DNA of 64,000 nt, from assembly GCA_044376115.1 (NCBI GenBank), contig JBILLK010000006.1, positions 288,001 to 352,000 of the forward strand. The letters are read 5' to 3'. The translations under genes and the position numbers were made by a program. Below, in pieces: positions 9,347 to 20,500 of the stretch (position 1 is its first letter; every line of letters begins with the position of its first letter). Below the pieces are notes generated by a model. It did no database searches. It had not been told where the DNA came from and was given only the letters and a program-made list of their open reading frames with translations. The stretch comes from Polyangiaceae bacterium (GTDB lineage Bacteria; Myxococcota_A; Polyangia; Polyangiales; Polyangiaceae).

Positions 9347-10351
9347 ATGCGCTCGATCGTTCTTGGCCTAGGTGCTCTCTCGCTAGCGGTGTTGGGATGT
9401 GGGGATGACGGTGAGAATGGCGCGGGTGGCGCGGGCGCCGGTGCGCAAGGCGGCAGCGGCGCTGGCGACGCTCTCCCGAGCGCTGGTTGTGAGCAGGCGG
9501 CCTTGTATCCCAGCGGGGCGACAACCGAGGGTGAGCTGCAGTTTGCTGAGCTGACACGCACCTTTCGTGTGCACGTTCCCGCCAGCGCAACGGACGGGGC
9601 GGCGTTGCCTTTGGTGCTGATGTTTCATGGCGGCGGGGGCAGCGGCAAGCAGCTCGAAGAGTCGTCCTCAAAGATGAATCTCGTCGCCGATGCCGAGGGC
9701 TTCATCGCCGTTTACCCGGATGGAACCGGCCCCATTCGAACCTGGAACGCTGGGGGCTGTTGTGGCTCCGCGGTGAAGAACGAGGTTGACGATGTCGGCT
9801 TCGTCAACGCGTTGCTGGATCATTTGGAGAGTTCGTTGTGCTTGGACCGAAGGCGTGTCTTCGCCGCCGGGATGTCGAACGGAGGCATGCTTACGCACCG
9901 GCTGGCATGTGAACTCCCGGAGCGGTTTGGTGCTTTCGTGCCGGTGGCCAGCGGCGACCTGCTGCCCGAGTGCACGCCCAGTGTACCGGTTCCGCTAATG
10001 CATATACACGGCACGGAAGATGGGCATGTCCCCGTTGAAGGCGGGCTGGGCTGTGGACCTTCAGGGGTGGACTATCCGCCGCTTGCGCAGACGATGGAGC
10101 GGAGGCGCGTGGCCAACGGCTGTGAGCCCACTAGCAGTGAATCCTTCTCGGAGGGAGACGGCACTTGTGTGGCCTATGAAGGCTGTGAGGCTGACGTATT
10201 GTTGTGTCTCGTGGAAGGGGGCGGGCACAATTGGCCAGGCGGCGAGCCGCCTGGCGGGTTGATTGAGTGCCCCGCCGATGGCGGGCAGAGCACGTCGTTC
10301 AGCGCAAGCGAGCAGGCCTGGGCCTTCTTCAAGAGTCACCCAAAGCCGTAA
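9347..10351 (+). CDS. Lipoprotein esterase, PHB depolymerase/LpqC-like alpha/beta hydrolase
   Basis: Lipobox VLGC; LMFHGGGG, WNAGGCCG, DDVGF, GMSNGG nucleophile, IHGTED, GGGHNWPG. Confidence 0.88.
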   Translation: MRSIVLGLGALSLAVLGCGDDGENGAGGAGAGAQGGSGAGDALPSAGCEQAALYPSGATTEGELQFAELTRTFRVHVPASATDGAALPLVLMFHGGGGSGKQLEESSSKMNLVADAEGFIAVYPDGTGPIRTWNAGGCCGSAVKNEVDDVGFVNALLDHLESSLCLDRRRVFAAGMSNGGMLTHRLACELPERFGAFVPVASGDLLPECTPSVPVPLMHIHGTEDGHVPVEGGLGCGPSGVDYPPLAQTMERRRVANGCEPTSSESFSEGDGTCVAYEGCEADVLLCLVEGGGHNWPGGEPPGGLIECPADGGQSTSFSASEQAWAFFKSHPKP

Positions 10352-10353
10352 GC

Positions 10354-13300
10354 CTACCCAGCCACCACGTGTGCGGGCGCTGTCACGATCTTCTCCTGAT
10401 CTGCATCGTCCGCGTGGATCTCCGGCGCCAACAGCTTGTAGAGCACGGGCGTGACCACGCGCGCCAGCAACGTTGAGCTGATGAGCCCGCCCATCAGCAC
10501 GATCGCCAGTGGCGAATAGAGCGGTGACCGCTCCAACGCGAGCGGTACCAAGCCACCGAGCGCTGTCAGCGTGGTCAGCAGGATCGGCACGAACCGAATC
10601 TCGCCGGCCTTTTGAATCGCTTCTTCGAGCGATACACCCTCCGCTCGCAGCTGATTGGTGAAGTCCACCAAAAGAATCGAGTTCTTTACCTCGATGCCCA
10701 TCAGCGCGACGAAGCCGATGGTCGCCGTGAAGGACAGCGTATTTCCAGTGAGATAAAGCGCGGCGAGTCCGCCAGCAATTCCGAGCGGCACCACGCTTGC
10801 GACGATCAGCGTGCTCTTGAACGTACGGAACTCAAGAATCAGCACGGCAAGCACGCCAAAGAGAGCGACCAGGCTGGCGATGCCGATGCCACCAAAGCTC
10901 TCCTGCCTGCTCTCGATTTCTCCAGCCGCCACCACCTTCACTCCAGGCGTATTCGGTAGCGCCGCGACCTTGGCGAGAATGGACTTGGTCAGTTGATCGG
11001 TATTGAAGCCGCGCTGGACCTGGGCCGAGACAATCGCCGTGCGCTGCCGATTATAGTGGCGTATCGCAGTGGGGGAAGGTTCGAGCTCCAGGCTCGCGAC
11101 TTGGGACAGCGGTACCGCGCCTCCTTTGCTTGATACGACGAATACGTCGTCGAATAGCCGCATTGTCGGTCGGACGGCTCCGGGTACCGTGCTCGCCTGT
11201 TGCTCGTCGCGCGCCAGCAAGAGCCTTACGTCGATGGCGTCGTCGCGACCGTCGAGTCGGTAGTCTGCGGCGACGAGCCCCGAGAGCGCCAGCCGCACCG
11301 ATCGGTCCACGTCGGCTTGCGCGACTCCCAAGGCCGCCGCTTTCTCCCGCTCCACGTTGACTCGAAAGTCGGTTTGCCGATCTTTGGACGGATTGCGTAC
11401 GTCGCGAGTGCCCGGCGTTTCAGCGACGATGCTCTCGAGGTTGCGGGCCACAGCCTCAATCTTGGTGGGGTCGCTGCCGAGGACCCGCAGCGCAATAGGC
11501 GCATCGACAGGGGGGCCATTCTCGAACTCTTTCAGCTCGATCTTGGCTCCGGCGTAGCCGCTCAGGTCGGCTCGCACGCCCTCGAGTACCGCCGCGACCG
11601 ACTCCCCGCCGTGGCCCTTTAGTTGGGCGAAGACCTCCGCGTAGTTCGCGCGTTCATCCTTGGAGGCTACGTTGTAATAAATTTGTGGATTGCCTCTGCC
11701 GATGCTCGTCGCGACGTTCTCCACCTCGGGGTGATTGGCAAGTACCGCTTCGACGTGGCGGGCCGCGCGGTTGGTCTCCTCGAGGCTCGCACCTTGAGGG
11801 GTCTCAATCGTTATTAAAAACTGTGGCGTATTGGCCTTGGGAAACAGGCTGAAGCCGATGGCGGGGATGAGCGCAAAGCTGCCCAACACGAGCGCCACTC
11901 CCACCAAGATCGCTGTCTTGGGGAAGCGCAAGGCGCGCGAGAGCACCGGACGAAAGCTGCCTTCGACGAGCCAAGTCATCGCGCGGAAGACCACGTTGCC
12001 ATGTTCATGCTCTGGCTTGAGCAAGCGGCTGGCGAGGAACGGCACGATGGTGAGCGAGACCAGCAGGGAGGCAGCGATCGTTACAACCACGGCAACGGGC
12101 ATGCTGCGAATGAACTGGCCGGCGGTTCCGGGTAGAAAAAGCAGAGGTACGAACGCAAGGATGAGCGTGGCCGTGCAGCCGAGTACGCTCAAGGTGATCT
12201 GCCGCGTCGCGCCGATGGCCGCCTCGGCCGGGGCGATGCCTTCACGGACCCAGCGGGCGATATTCTCCACCACCACCACGGAGTCATCGACCAGGAGGCC
12301 GAGCGCGATGACGAAGCCGACGATCGACAGCTGGTTGATACTGAACCCGAAGGCGTGGAGCATGGTCAGCCCGATCGCGAGCGAGAGCGGAATGGAGATC
12401 ATCACCACCAGCGAGGCGCGCATTCCCAGCGGTAACAGCGTGACCAGCACGAGCAGGATGGCCAGGCCGAAGTCTCGTACGAAGCCTGATAGCCGATGTT
12501 CGACGTTCTTCGACTGATCGAAGCCTCTCGCGAGCTGGATGCTCGGCGGGAGCTCCGTCTCGAAGTTGTCGAGCTCGCGTCCGAGCGCCTCGCGCACGGC
12601 AAACACGTTCTGGCCCTCCTTCTGCGGGGCAGCGAGCAGCACCGCACGTTGACCGTCCTGGCGCGCAAAGCTGCGTGCTTCAGCGTCGACCAAGCTCACC
12701 TCGGCTAGGTCGCGAACGCGCAATACGTCACCTGCAGGCCCCGTGCGTAATGGTGTGTCCGCGATCTCCTCGACGCTGGTGTAGTCGCCGCTCGTTTTTA
12801 CGGAGAGCTGCCGCGTTCCGGCGTCGACACTGCCTGCGGGGATGTTGGCGGCCTCGAGGCCGATAGCGTTGGCGACCTCCAGTGGGGAGACGCCGAGCGC
12901 GACCATTCGTCGGATGTCCAAGGCGACAGCGACTTCCTGTTCGGGCAGCCCGCGGATAACGACGTCCCCGACTCCGGGCGTCCCTTCGAGCTGGCGTTCA
13001 AGCGCTCGCGCGCGTTCGGAGAGCTCGCGATAGGTGGCTGTTTCGCTGACCAGCGCGACTTGAAGGATAGCGACGTTGGCTGCGTTGAAGCGACGGATGT
13101 CGAGCATCGCCAGCTCCTTGGGGAGCTCTGGCTTGGCGGCGCTGGTCTCGCGCAGGACGGCGTCATACTTCGCGTCGGCGTCGACCCCGGCGTAGAACTC
13201 CACCTGAATCACCGCCAAGCTCTCGGTGATCTCCGTCTTGATGTTCTTGACGTCGTCGAGCCGGTCGAGCCGCGCCTCGAGCGGATCCACTATCAACCGT

Positions 13301-13479
13301 TCGAGGTCCGCAGGCGTGCCGCCTGGAAGCACCGCGACGACGGCGAAGTTCGGTACAGGGAAGGTCGGGTCTTCGGCCTTTGGAATGGCGATTAGGGATT
13401 GCACGCCCAGACAGAACAGCCCGAACAAGAGCACAATCGTCAGCTGCCAGCGTTTGACCGCAAATGAGGTAAACATCAT
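10354..13479 (-). CDS. RND efflux transporter permease subunit
   Basis: 1041 aa; ALGLLVDDSVVVVENI, GIEVKNSILLVDF, RFVPILLTTLT. Confidence 0.95.
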   Translation of the reverse strand: MMFTSFAVKRWQLTIVLLFGLFCLGVQSLIAIPKAEDPTFPVPNFAVVAVLPGGTPADLERLIVDPLEARLDRLDDVKNIKTEITESLAVIQVEFYAGVDADAKYDAVLRETSAAKPELPKELAMLDIRRFNAANVAILQVALVSETATYRELSERARALERQLEGTPGVGDVVIRGLPEQEVAVALDIRRMVALGVSPLEVANAIGLEAANIPAGSVDAGTRQLSVKTSGDYTSVEEIADTPLRTGPAGDVLRVRDLAEVSLVDAEARSFARQDGQRAVLLAAPQKEGQNVFAVREALGRELDNFETELPPSIQLARGFDQSKNVEHRLSGFVRDFGLAILLVLVTLLPLGMRASLVVMISIPLSLAIGLTMLHAFGFSINQLSIVGFVIALGLLVDDSVVVVENIARWVREGIAPAEAAIGATRQITLSVLGCTATLILAFVPLLFLPGTAGQFIRSMPVAVVVTIAASLLVSLTIVPFLASRLLKPEHEHGNVVFRAMTWLVEGSFRPVLSRALRFPKTAILVGVALVLGSFALIPAIGFSLFPKANTPQFLITIETPQGASLEETNRAARHVEAVLANHPEVENVATSIGRGNPQIYYNVASKDERANYAEVFAQLKGHGGESVAAVLEGVRADLSGYAGAKIELKEFENGPPVDAPIALRVLGSDPTKIEAVARNLESIVAETPGTRDVRNPSKDRQTDFRVNVEREKAAALGVAQADVDRSVRLALSGLVAADYRLDGRDDAIDVRLLLARDEQQASTVPGAVRPTMRLFDDVFVVSSKGGAVPLSQVASLELEPSPTAIRHYNRQRTAIVSAQVQRGFNTDQLTKSILAKVAALPNTPGVKVVAAGEIESRQESFGGIGIASLVALFGVLAVLILEFRTFKSTLIVASVVPLGIAGGLAALYLTGNTLSFTATIGFVALMGIEVKNSILLVDFTNQLRAEGVSLEEAIQKAGEIRFVPILLTTLTALGGLVPLALERSPLYSPLAIVLMGGLISSTLLARVVTPVLYKLLAPEIHADDADQEKIVTAPAHVVAG

Positions 13480-14552
13480 TCACCTCCGGCTGCGGAGTTC
13501 ACCTTCACCTCGACGCCGTCAACGAGGTCGGCGGTGCCGCGGATCACCACCGGTTGATTGGCGGGCAGCTCGGTTGACAGCCCAGCGACGCCGTCGGCGA
13601 GCGACCCCACTTCCACGGCTCGCCGTTTGGCGTAGCCGTTCTCAATGGTGAATACGGCGGCGTGTTTGCCTTCGCCGTCGACGAGCGCCGCGAGCGGGAC
13701 CACCGCCTGCGCAGGCTCCGCACGGTCGAACTCGACGCGCGCTACGAGCCCGCTCCGTGCGGTGAGCGGAAGATCCTCCGGCAGTAGGACCTCCGCAGTG
13801 AAGGTGCCGGTCGCTGGGTTCGCCAAGCGGGCGATGTCACCCAGCCGCGCCTCCACCGAACGACCAGGTAGAGCGTCGAATACGACGCGGGCGCTCTGGC
13901 CTGAGCGGAGCGCAGCCGCTTCCCGATCCGAGAGGGCGACATCCACCGCCCAGCCGCGTTCGAGGCCGAGAAAGGCGACCACCGGCCTGCCTGGCGCGAT
14001 GACCTCCCCGGGCTCGACCAAGCGTTGTTCAATGATGCCGGCGGTTGGCGCGAGCAGCACGGTGTGGCGTTCATTGAAGCCAGCCATCTGCGCGGAAGCG
14101 CGCGCGATGCGAGCCGCGGTTTGCGCGTCATCCAGCGTCGCCTTGGGCACCGCGCCCTCTTTCGCGAGCGCTGTCGCTCGCGCGAGATCGCGATCTGCCT
14201 TCTGCAATCCGTCTCGCGCTTGGGCTGCCGAGGCCGAGTACTCGACCGGATCGATCGTGGCCAGAACCTGGCCCTTCTTTACCCTCTGACCGGGTTCGAC
14301 GAGCACGTTGCCGAGGACGCCCCCAACCTTGAAGCCCAAGGACTGGGCTTGTCGTGAGCGCACCAAGCCCGAGACCTTCAGCGGCCGATTGAGAGGCCCG
14401 AGTTGCACCTGCGCCACCTCCACGACCGGCACCGGGCGCTCTTTTCCAGCCGCCGCCGCCTGCGAAATCTCCGGGGAACAGCCTGCTTGTGAACCAACGA
14501 TCGCGGAGCAGCCGAGTGCAAGAACGAGGTTGCGCCAGTGACTCATGTGCAT
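13476..14552 (-). CDS. RND periplasmic adaptor (membrane fusion protein)
   Basis: LGFKVGG..VEPGQRVKKGQVLA lipoyl-like segment, coiled coil; 4-bp overlap with the permease. Confidence 0.92.
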   Translation of the reverse strand: MHMSHWRNLVLALGCSAIVGSQAGCSPEISQAAAAGKERPVPVVEVAQVQLGPLNRPLKVSGLVRSRQAQSLGFKVGGVLGNVLVEPGQRVKKGQVLATIDPVEYSASAAQARDGLQKADRDLARATALAKEGAVPKATLDDAQTAARIARASAQMAGFNERHTVLLAPTAGIIEQRLVEPGEVIAPGRPVVAFLGLERGWAVDVALSDREAAALRSGQSARVVFDALPGRSVEARLGDIARLANPATGTFTAEVLLPEDLPLTARSGLVARVEFDRAEPAQAVVPLAALVDGEGKHAAVFTIENGYAKRRAVEVGSLADGVAGLSTELPANQPVVIRGTADLVDGVEVKVNSAAGGE

Positions 14553-14556
14553 AGAA

Positions 14557-14569
14557 TGAACGCTGTTTA
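14557..14569. promoter_or_regulatory. Possible TetR operator
   Basis: Imperfect palindrome TGAAC-GCT-GTTTA directly upstream of the adaptor start, divergent from tetR. Confidence 0.4.
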
Positions 14570-14637
14570 GTTCTCAGTCAACGAACTTTCAAGTGCTCAC
14601 CCTGACGCCGGTGGGTCTGTGCGGTAGAGGAGTAACG

Positions 14638-15345
14638 ATGGGTGCAGTCGAGCGACGAGAACGAGAGAAGGCCGCACTGCGGCGGAAGATCCTCGATGCC
14701 GGTCGCGAGATCCTGGTCGCTGATGGCTACCAAGCGCTGACCATGCGCAAGCTCGCGGAGAAGATCGAGTACACGCCAGGCGCGCTTTACATTCACTTCC
14801 CCGACAAAGACGCGCTGGTTCGGGCCATCTGCCAGTCGGATATGCAAGAGTTCGCGCAGCGTTGTCTCGTGGCGTTGCAGACCCCGGAGCCGATTGACCA
14901 GCTGCGTTCCTTGGCGCGCCTGTACGCCCGTTTTGCGCTGGAGCATCCGCAGCAATACAAGGTGCTGTTCGTGCTCGACCCGGTGCCACCGTTTTCACAC
15001 GACGACTTGGTGGAGCGTGGCAACCCCGAGAGCGACGCCTATGCGATTCTCGAGATCGCCGTTTCCAACGCGCTCGCGGCTGGACATTTCCCGGCCTTTC
15101 ACGACCGTCCGCAGCTGGTTGCCCAGCTACTTTGGGCAGCGATGCACGGTGTGGTCGCGATCGAGAATCGTCGCCACGAGGGGATGCAGATCCCCTTCGA
15201 GCCCATTGAACTACGCGTCGAGGCTATGTGCGACACGATGCTCGTCGGCCTCGCCGCGTGCACGAGCGTGACTTCATCGACCTCGTCGTCGCCTGCAAAG
15301 CCCACGAGCAAGGGCGCAGCTGCGAGGCGGCTTCGAACCGTCTAG
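14638..15345 (+). CDS. TetR/AcrR family regulator (WHG-like C-terminus)
   Basis: RBS GAGGAG; LTMRKLAEKIEYTPGALYIHFPDK; LWAAMHG. Confidence 0.92.
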   Translation: MGAVERREREKAALRRKILDAGREILVADGYQALTMRKLAEKIEYTPGALYIHFPDKDALVRAICQSDMQEFAQRCLVALQTPEPIDQLRSLARLYARFALEHPQQYKVLFVLDPVPPFSHDDLVERGNPESDAYAILEIAVSNALAAGHFPAFHDRPQLVAQLLWAAMHGVVAIENRRHEGMQIPFEPIELRVEAMCDTMLVGLAACTSVTSSTSSSPAKPTSKGAAARRLRTV

Positions 15346-15390
15346 CGATTGGCTCCGTCCAGCTCTAGCGATTGGCTATTCTGCGTGGCT

Positions 15391-16530
15391 ATGAGTTCGG
15401 CGGAGGATGGGTCTCGGGCGACTGCGGCTGGCCAGCGGGTCATCGTATCGGAGTTTGCTGAGTCCCCAGGCGAGGCGATTGATACTGTATTGTCGATTGA
15501 GCCGATGCTCGCCCCTGAGCTGTCTCTGCTGGCGGCCAATGAAGTACTAGTCAAAGTGGTTTGCGCCGCGGTTGGTTGGGTGGACCTGCTCATGATGAGT
15601 GGGCAATACCAGCATATGGCGAAGCCGCCTTATACGCCGGGTCTCGAGGGGGCCGGTGTTGTCCTCGCCGTTGGTTCGGCGGTCAAGCGTGTAGCCGTGG
15701 GGGCACGGGTACTGACAGACGGCTTTGTTGCCGGGCCTCGCTCGCTCGGGCCTTATCAGAGTCAGGGGACGTTCGCGAGCTGGGTCGTCATGCCAGAGAA
15801 CGCGCTCCACATTATACCCAGTAAACTGAGCTTTGCGCAGGCGGCTGGTTTGCTATCTAGCTATGAGACCGCGTACCACTGTCTGCTTACGCGCGGACGT
15901 CTTCGAGAAGGGGAGACCGTCCTGATTCATGGGGCCTCGGGCTCGACTGGGCTCGCGGCTGTGCAGGTCGCCAAGTTGGTTGGCGCGAAGGTCATCGCGA
16001 CGGGGCGGTCGAAGGCCAAGCTCGAGGTCGTGCGCGAGAGCGGAGCAGACCACGTCGTGGTGTTGGATTCGGCTCGCCCCGATGGAGAGCTCGAGTTCAA
16101 AGAGCAGGTGAAAGAGCTGACCTCGGGCGCTGGCGTTGACGTTGTCTACGACCCGGTCGGCGGGCCTGTGTCCAAGGAGAGTTTGCGCGCCATGCGCTTT
16201 GGGGGGCGCTTTTTGGTCGTCGGCTGGGCGGCTACGCCCGCTGTTGCCAAGGGCAAAGGTGGCCGTGGAGCGCCCAACGCGAACCAGCTACCCACCAATC
16301 TCATCATGATGAAGTCGCTCGATGTGCTCGGTTGCCCAACCGTGATCTCGACCGTGATGGACCCGAGTTCACGCCCGCCGCGGCTCGAAGCGGTGTTGCG
16401 CTGGGCGGAGACCGGTGCGATCTCGCCCCACGTTTCGCACAGCTTCGAGTTTTCGGAGGTGCGCGCTGCACTGCGCGCCAAGTGGAATGGCGAGGTCGTT
16501 GGGGCAGCGGTGCTTACTTCGGCGTCTTGA
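15391..16530 (+). CDS. NADPH:quinone oxidoreductase (MDR family)
   Basis: GQYQ..PPYTPGLEGAG, VLIHGASGSTGLAAVQVAK, GVDVVYDPVGG. Confidence 0.9.
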   Translation: MSSAEDGSRATAAGQRVIVSEFAESPGEAIDTVLSIEPMLAPELSLLAANEVLVKVVCAAVGWVDLLMMSGQYQHMAKPPYTPGLEGAGVVLAVGSAVKRVAVGARVLTDGFVAGPRSLGPYQSQGTFASWVVMPENALHIIPSKLSFAQAAGLLSSYETAYHCLLTRGRLREGETVLIHGASGSTGLAAVQVAKLVGAKVIATGRSKAKLEVVRESGADHVVVLDSARPDGELEFKEQVKELTSGAGVDVVYDPVGGPVSKESLRAMRFGGRFLVVGWAATPAVAKGKGGRGAPNANQLPTNLIMMKSLDVLGCPTVISTVMDPSSRPPRLEAVLRWAETGAISPHVSHSFEFSEVRAALRAKWNGEVVGAAVLTSAS

Positions 16531-17452
16531 CGACGAAAATCCCGGTGCGGGTCCCCACGAAGGTTCGCGCGCCACGAACATCGATGCCCTCGACCCAGTC
16601 GGGAACCTCAATCGACTCTCGGAGCTCCTTCGTTTCGAGATCGACCGCGTGAAGATTGCCGTCGTGATCCGCGACCAGCGCCAAGTCCCCCGCGACACGA
16701 ACGTCAACGGCGAAGCCGACGTCTGCGTTGACGACCTCCGAGCTATCCCCCGCTACGGCGACGAGACCAGAAGGCCCGCAAGCTACATATTGCCCGTCTG
16801 CGGTCGATACGATGCCCTTGGGATTCTCGATGTCAGTGACCACCTCAGCCTTCGGGATCTCGAGCAGGTCGAAGGCGACGTTGCCCTTCGGTACGGGGAA
16901 GGTGATTACGCGGTCGGGGTTGTGCATGTGTCCGAACGAAACCGCGATCTCTCCATTGCGAACGAAAGCGTGGATGTTGGGCAGATCGACGAACGGGCTC
17001 TCCGGATCGACCACGGCGTTTCGCAACGCAAGCGCCGCTGACCATTTCACCTTGCGGCTCTTGGGATCGAGCGCCTGAATCACGAATGACTGCTCCCATT
17101 CGGCGTTGAAGTCACTGATGTCACGGTCGTCGCGTTGGCCCCACACAATCACGCTGCCGTCGAGGAACTGCACGCCGTCGACCCAGAGCTGGGCGCCGGA
17201 GGCGTCGTCCTCCCAGCGTTCGACGACCTTCATCGTGGCGAGGTCAACCACCGTGACGCCGCGCGGACCCTGCGCGAGATACGCCCGCGTCGAACTGACC
17301 GCGATATCTCGAAACACGTCGCCCTGGTTGTCGAGCTCGAAGAACCCAACTTTCGCCGTAAGGTTCTGCTCGTCTCCCGTCACGGGCGACTCTTCGGAAC
17401 AACCCAATAGACCGAGGATGGAAGCGGCACAGATTGAGAGAAGGCGTCGCAT
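16514..17452 (-). CDS. Lipoprotein with LVIVD-like beta-propeller repeats
   Basis: Lipobox LLGC; DIAVSSTRAYLAQGPRGVTVVDL and DVRVAGDLALVADHDGNLHAVDL. Confidence 0.75.
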   Translation of the reverse strand: MRRLLSICAASILGLLGCSEESPVTGDEQNLTAKVGFFELDNQGDVFRDIAVSSTRAYLAQGPRGVTVVDLATMKVVERWEDDASGAQLWVDGVQFLDGSVIVWGQRDDRDISDFNAEWEQSFVIQALDPKSRKVKWSAALALRNAVVDPESPFVDLPNIHAFVRNGEIAVSFGHMHNPDRVITFPVPKGNVAFDLLEIPKAEVVTDIENPKGIVSTADGQYVACGPSGLVAVAGDSSEVVNADVGFAVDVRVAGDLALVADHDGNLHAVDLETKELRESIEVPDWVEGIDVRGARTFVGTRTGIFVVKTPK

Positions 17453-17465
17453 GGGCGCGCCTAAG

Positions 17466-17480
17466 GCAGGATTGGTGCCA
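17466..17480 (-). promoter_or_regulatory. Sigma54 -24/-12 promoter
   Basis: Minus strand TGGCAC-CAATC-CTGC with correct GG-N10-GC spacing, 13 bp before the ATG at 17452. Confidence 0.65.
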
Positions 17481-17599
17481 ATTGTCCTACATGTAGGTTT
17501 CTTGCAAAATTACAGCCTTTAGGCTTGGGCGAAGGGCCGCAGGCGTGGGAAAGTAGGTATCCGGGGTGGGGCCTAGCATACCCAGCCCACTTCCTCGCT

Positions 17600-20500
17600 T
17601 TAGCTCTCGGGCGGCGCTGCTTCCCGCTCGTTCGCTGCAAAGGTCGCGTAAAGCACCGGCAGAACGAGCAACGTCAGCAGCGTGGACGAGAGGATGCCGC
17701 CAATGACGACGGTGGCGAGGGGGCGCTGGACCTCAGCGCCGGTGCCACTCGCCAAGGCCATCGGAATGAAGCCGAGCGCAGCAACGAGTGCCGTCATCAG
17801 CACGGGTCGAAGTCGCGACAGGCTCCCCGACTTTACGGCCTCCTCTTTGGCGAATCCCTTGGCACGGAGGTCTTCGATGAAGGAGACCATCACTAGCCCG
17901 TTCAACACCGCTACGCCCGACAGGGCGATGAAGCCGATCGCCGCTGAGATCGACACGGGTAAGTTGCGAACGGCGAGGGCAGCGAGCCCGCCCGTCAGCG
18001 CGAGGGGAATGCCGCTAAAGATGAGCAGCGCGTTCTTAACGCTATTGAAGCTAAGGTACAGGAGCCCAAAGATCAGCAGCAGAGCGAGCGGCACGACGAT
18101 CGCGAGCCGTTGCCGGGCTGCGATCAGGTTCTCGAATTGACCACCCCAGCTAAACCAATTGCCTGGGCCAGGTTTGACGATCTCGAGCTTTGACTGCGCC
18201 TCTGCCACGAAGCTACCAAGGTCTCGGCCTCGTACGTTGCATTGAACGACGAGTCTGCGCTTGCCATTCTCTCGGCTTACTTGATTGGGCCCTTCCTCGA
18301 GCGAGAGAGTGGCCAGCGCCTTCAACGGGACGAAGGCGGTCTGCCCTGGCGCACCGTTGCTCTCAGGCGGTAGTGGTATGGGCAGCGCGCCCAGCGCATC
18401 GAGGTCCTTCCTCACTGCGTCGGGCAGTCGAACAACCAAGTCAAAGCGACGGTCCCCATCGAACACCTGGCCTGCCTCGGCCCCGCCAACTGCGGCCTCC
18501 AAGAGCTGTTGCACGTCTTCAATCGAGAGGCCGTATCGACCAATGGCTTCGCGGTCGAGCGCGATGTTTAGCACCGGTAGCCCGCTGACCTGCTCCACCT
18601 TCACGTCGGCGGCGCCCTCGACGGCGCCTAGGACGCCGGCGACCTCGTTGGCCTTTGCGCGCATCGCATCGAGGTCATCCCCGAAGATCTTGACCGCTAC
18701 GTCGCTGCGTACCCCGCTAATGAGCTCATTGAAGCGCAGTTCGATCGGCTGACTAAACTCGAAAGCCTGGCCAGGAAGATGCTTCAATTCTTGCTCGATC
18801 GCCTCGGCCAGCTGCTCCTGCGTCGAGGCCCGCTTCCAGCCCTCGCGCGGCTTTAGCATGATGTAGGTATCAGAGACGTTCGGCCCCATTGGATCGGTGG
18901 CAACCTCCGCCGTGCCCGTCCGCGCGAAGACGACGTCAACTTCGTCGGGGAACTTCTGCAGCAGCATCTTCTCGACCGCCATTTGCATGTCGACGCTCGT
19001 GGTAATGCTTATTGACGGAATGCGCGCAGGCTGAAGCGCCAGCGCTCCTTCGCTGAGCTTGGGGGCAAACTCGCTGCCCAGCGTCGACGCCAATGCCGCA
19101 GAGCCGAGCAGGACCAGCAGTGCGCAAGCGAGTACGAAGGAGCGATTCAGCAGCGCAACCTCGAGGATACGCTGGTAGCCGCGTTTAGCTGCGCGAAACA
19201 GGAAGTTCTCACGCTCCTCGACCTTGCCACGAAGCAGGATCGCCACGAGGGCCGGGATCAGCGTCATGGAGAGCACGGTCGCGCCAGCCAGCGCCAGCAC
19301 GACAGTCATCGCCATCGGGCGGAACATCTTCCCTTCAATGCCCGTTAGCGTAAGGATAGGAAGATAAACAATCGCGATGATGACCTCCCCGAAGAGCGTC
19401 GCTTTACGCACCTCCTGCGAAGCCTCGTAGGCCAGCTCGATACGCTCGCGGCGCGTCAGCGTTCGACCGAGCCGATGCTGTTCCGCGCCGAAGCGGCGAA
19501 TGCAGTTCTCGACGATGATGACCGAACCATCGACGACCAGGCCGAAGTCGATGGCGCCGAGGCTCATTAGGTTTCCGCTGGTACCGGTCGTCACCATCCC
19601 GGTCAGCGCTATCAACATCGAGAACGGGATGGCGAGCGCCGCGATCAGTGCCGCCCGAAGATTGCCCAGCATGATGAAGAGCACGACGATGACCAGCAGG
19701 GCGCCCTCCGCCAAACTGCGTACGACGGTATCGAGCGTTGCATCGACCAAGTAGGTCCGGTCATAGACCGTATTCAGCTCGACTCCCTCGGGTAGGCTCT
19801 TCTGCGCGGCAGCCAGGCGCTCGTTCACCCGCTTGGACACGTCGCGGCTGTTCTCGCCCATCAGCATGATGGCGGTGCCGATCACGACCTCGCGTCCGTT
19901 GGCGGTGGCCGCGCCAGTGCGGAGGTCTCGGCCGATGGTTATCTCGGCGACGTCGCGCAGGCGGATCGCCGCCCCTGCGCGGTGCGCAATGACGATGGCA
20001 CGTAGGTCGTCCTCGCTCTCGATTTGACCCGTCGAACGGATGAGCCATTGTTCTCCATTGCGTTCAATGTAGCCGCCGCCCGTAGTCGAGTTGTTGCGTC
20101 GCAGTGCTTCGAATACGTCACGAAAGCTCAGCTCATAGGCGCGCAGTCGGGCTGGGTCCGGGGCAACCTGATAGAGCCGTTCATAACCGCCAATCGAATT
20201 GACCTCGGTCACCCCTTTGACATTGCGTAGTTGTGGGCGGACGACCCAGTCCTCGAGCGTACGCAGATCGGTCAGGTCGTAGGGGCTGCCGTCTTCCTTT
20301 ACCGCAGAAGGATCGGCCTCGAGCGTCCACATGTAGATTTCCCCGAGCCCGGAGGCGATTGGGCCGAGTTGCGGCTCCGCCTCCGGCGGAAGCGCCTCTT
20401 TTGCGGCGGCGAGCCTTTCTGCGACGAGTTGTCGCGCAAAGTAGATGTCGGTGCCGTCTTCGAATACGACGGTCACCTGCGAGAGCCCATAGCGAGATAA

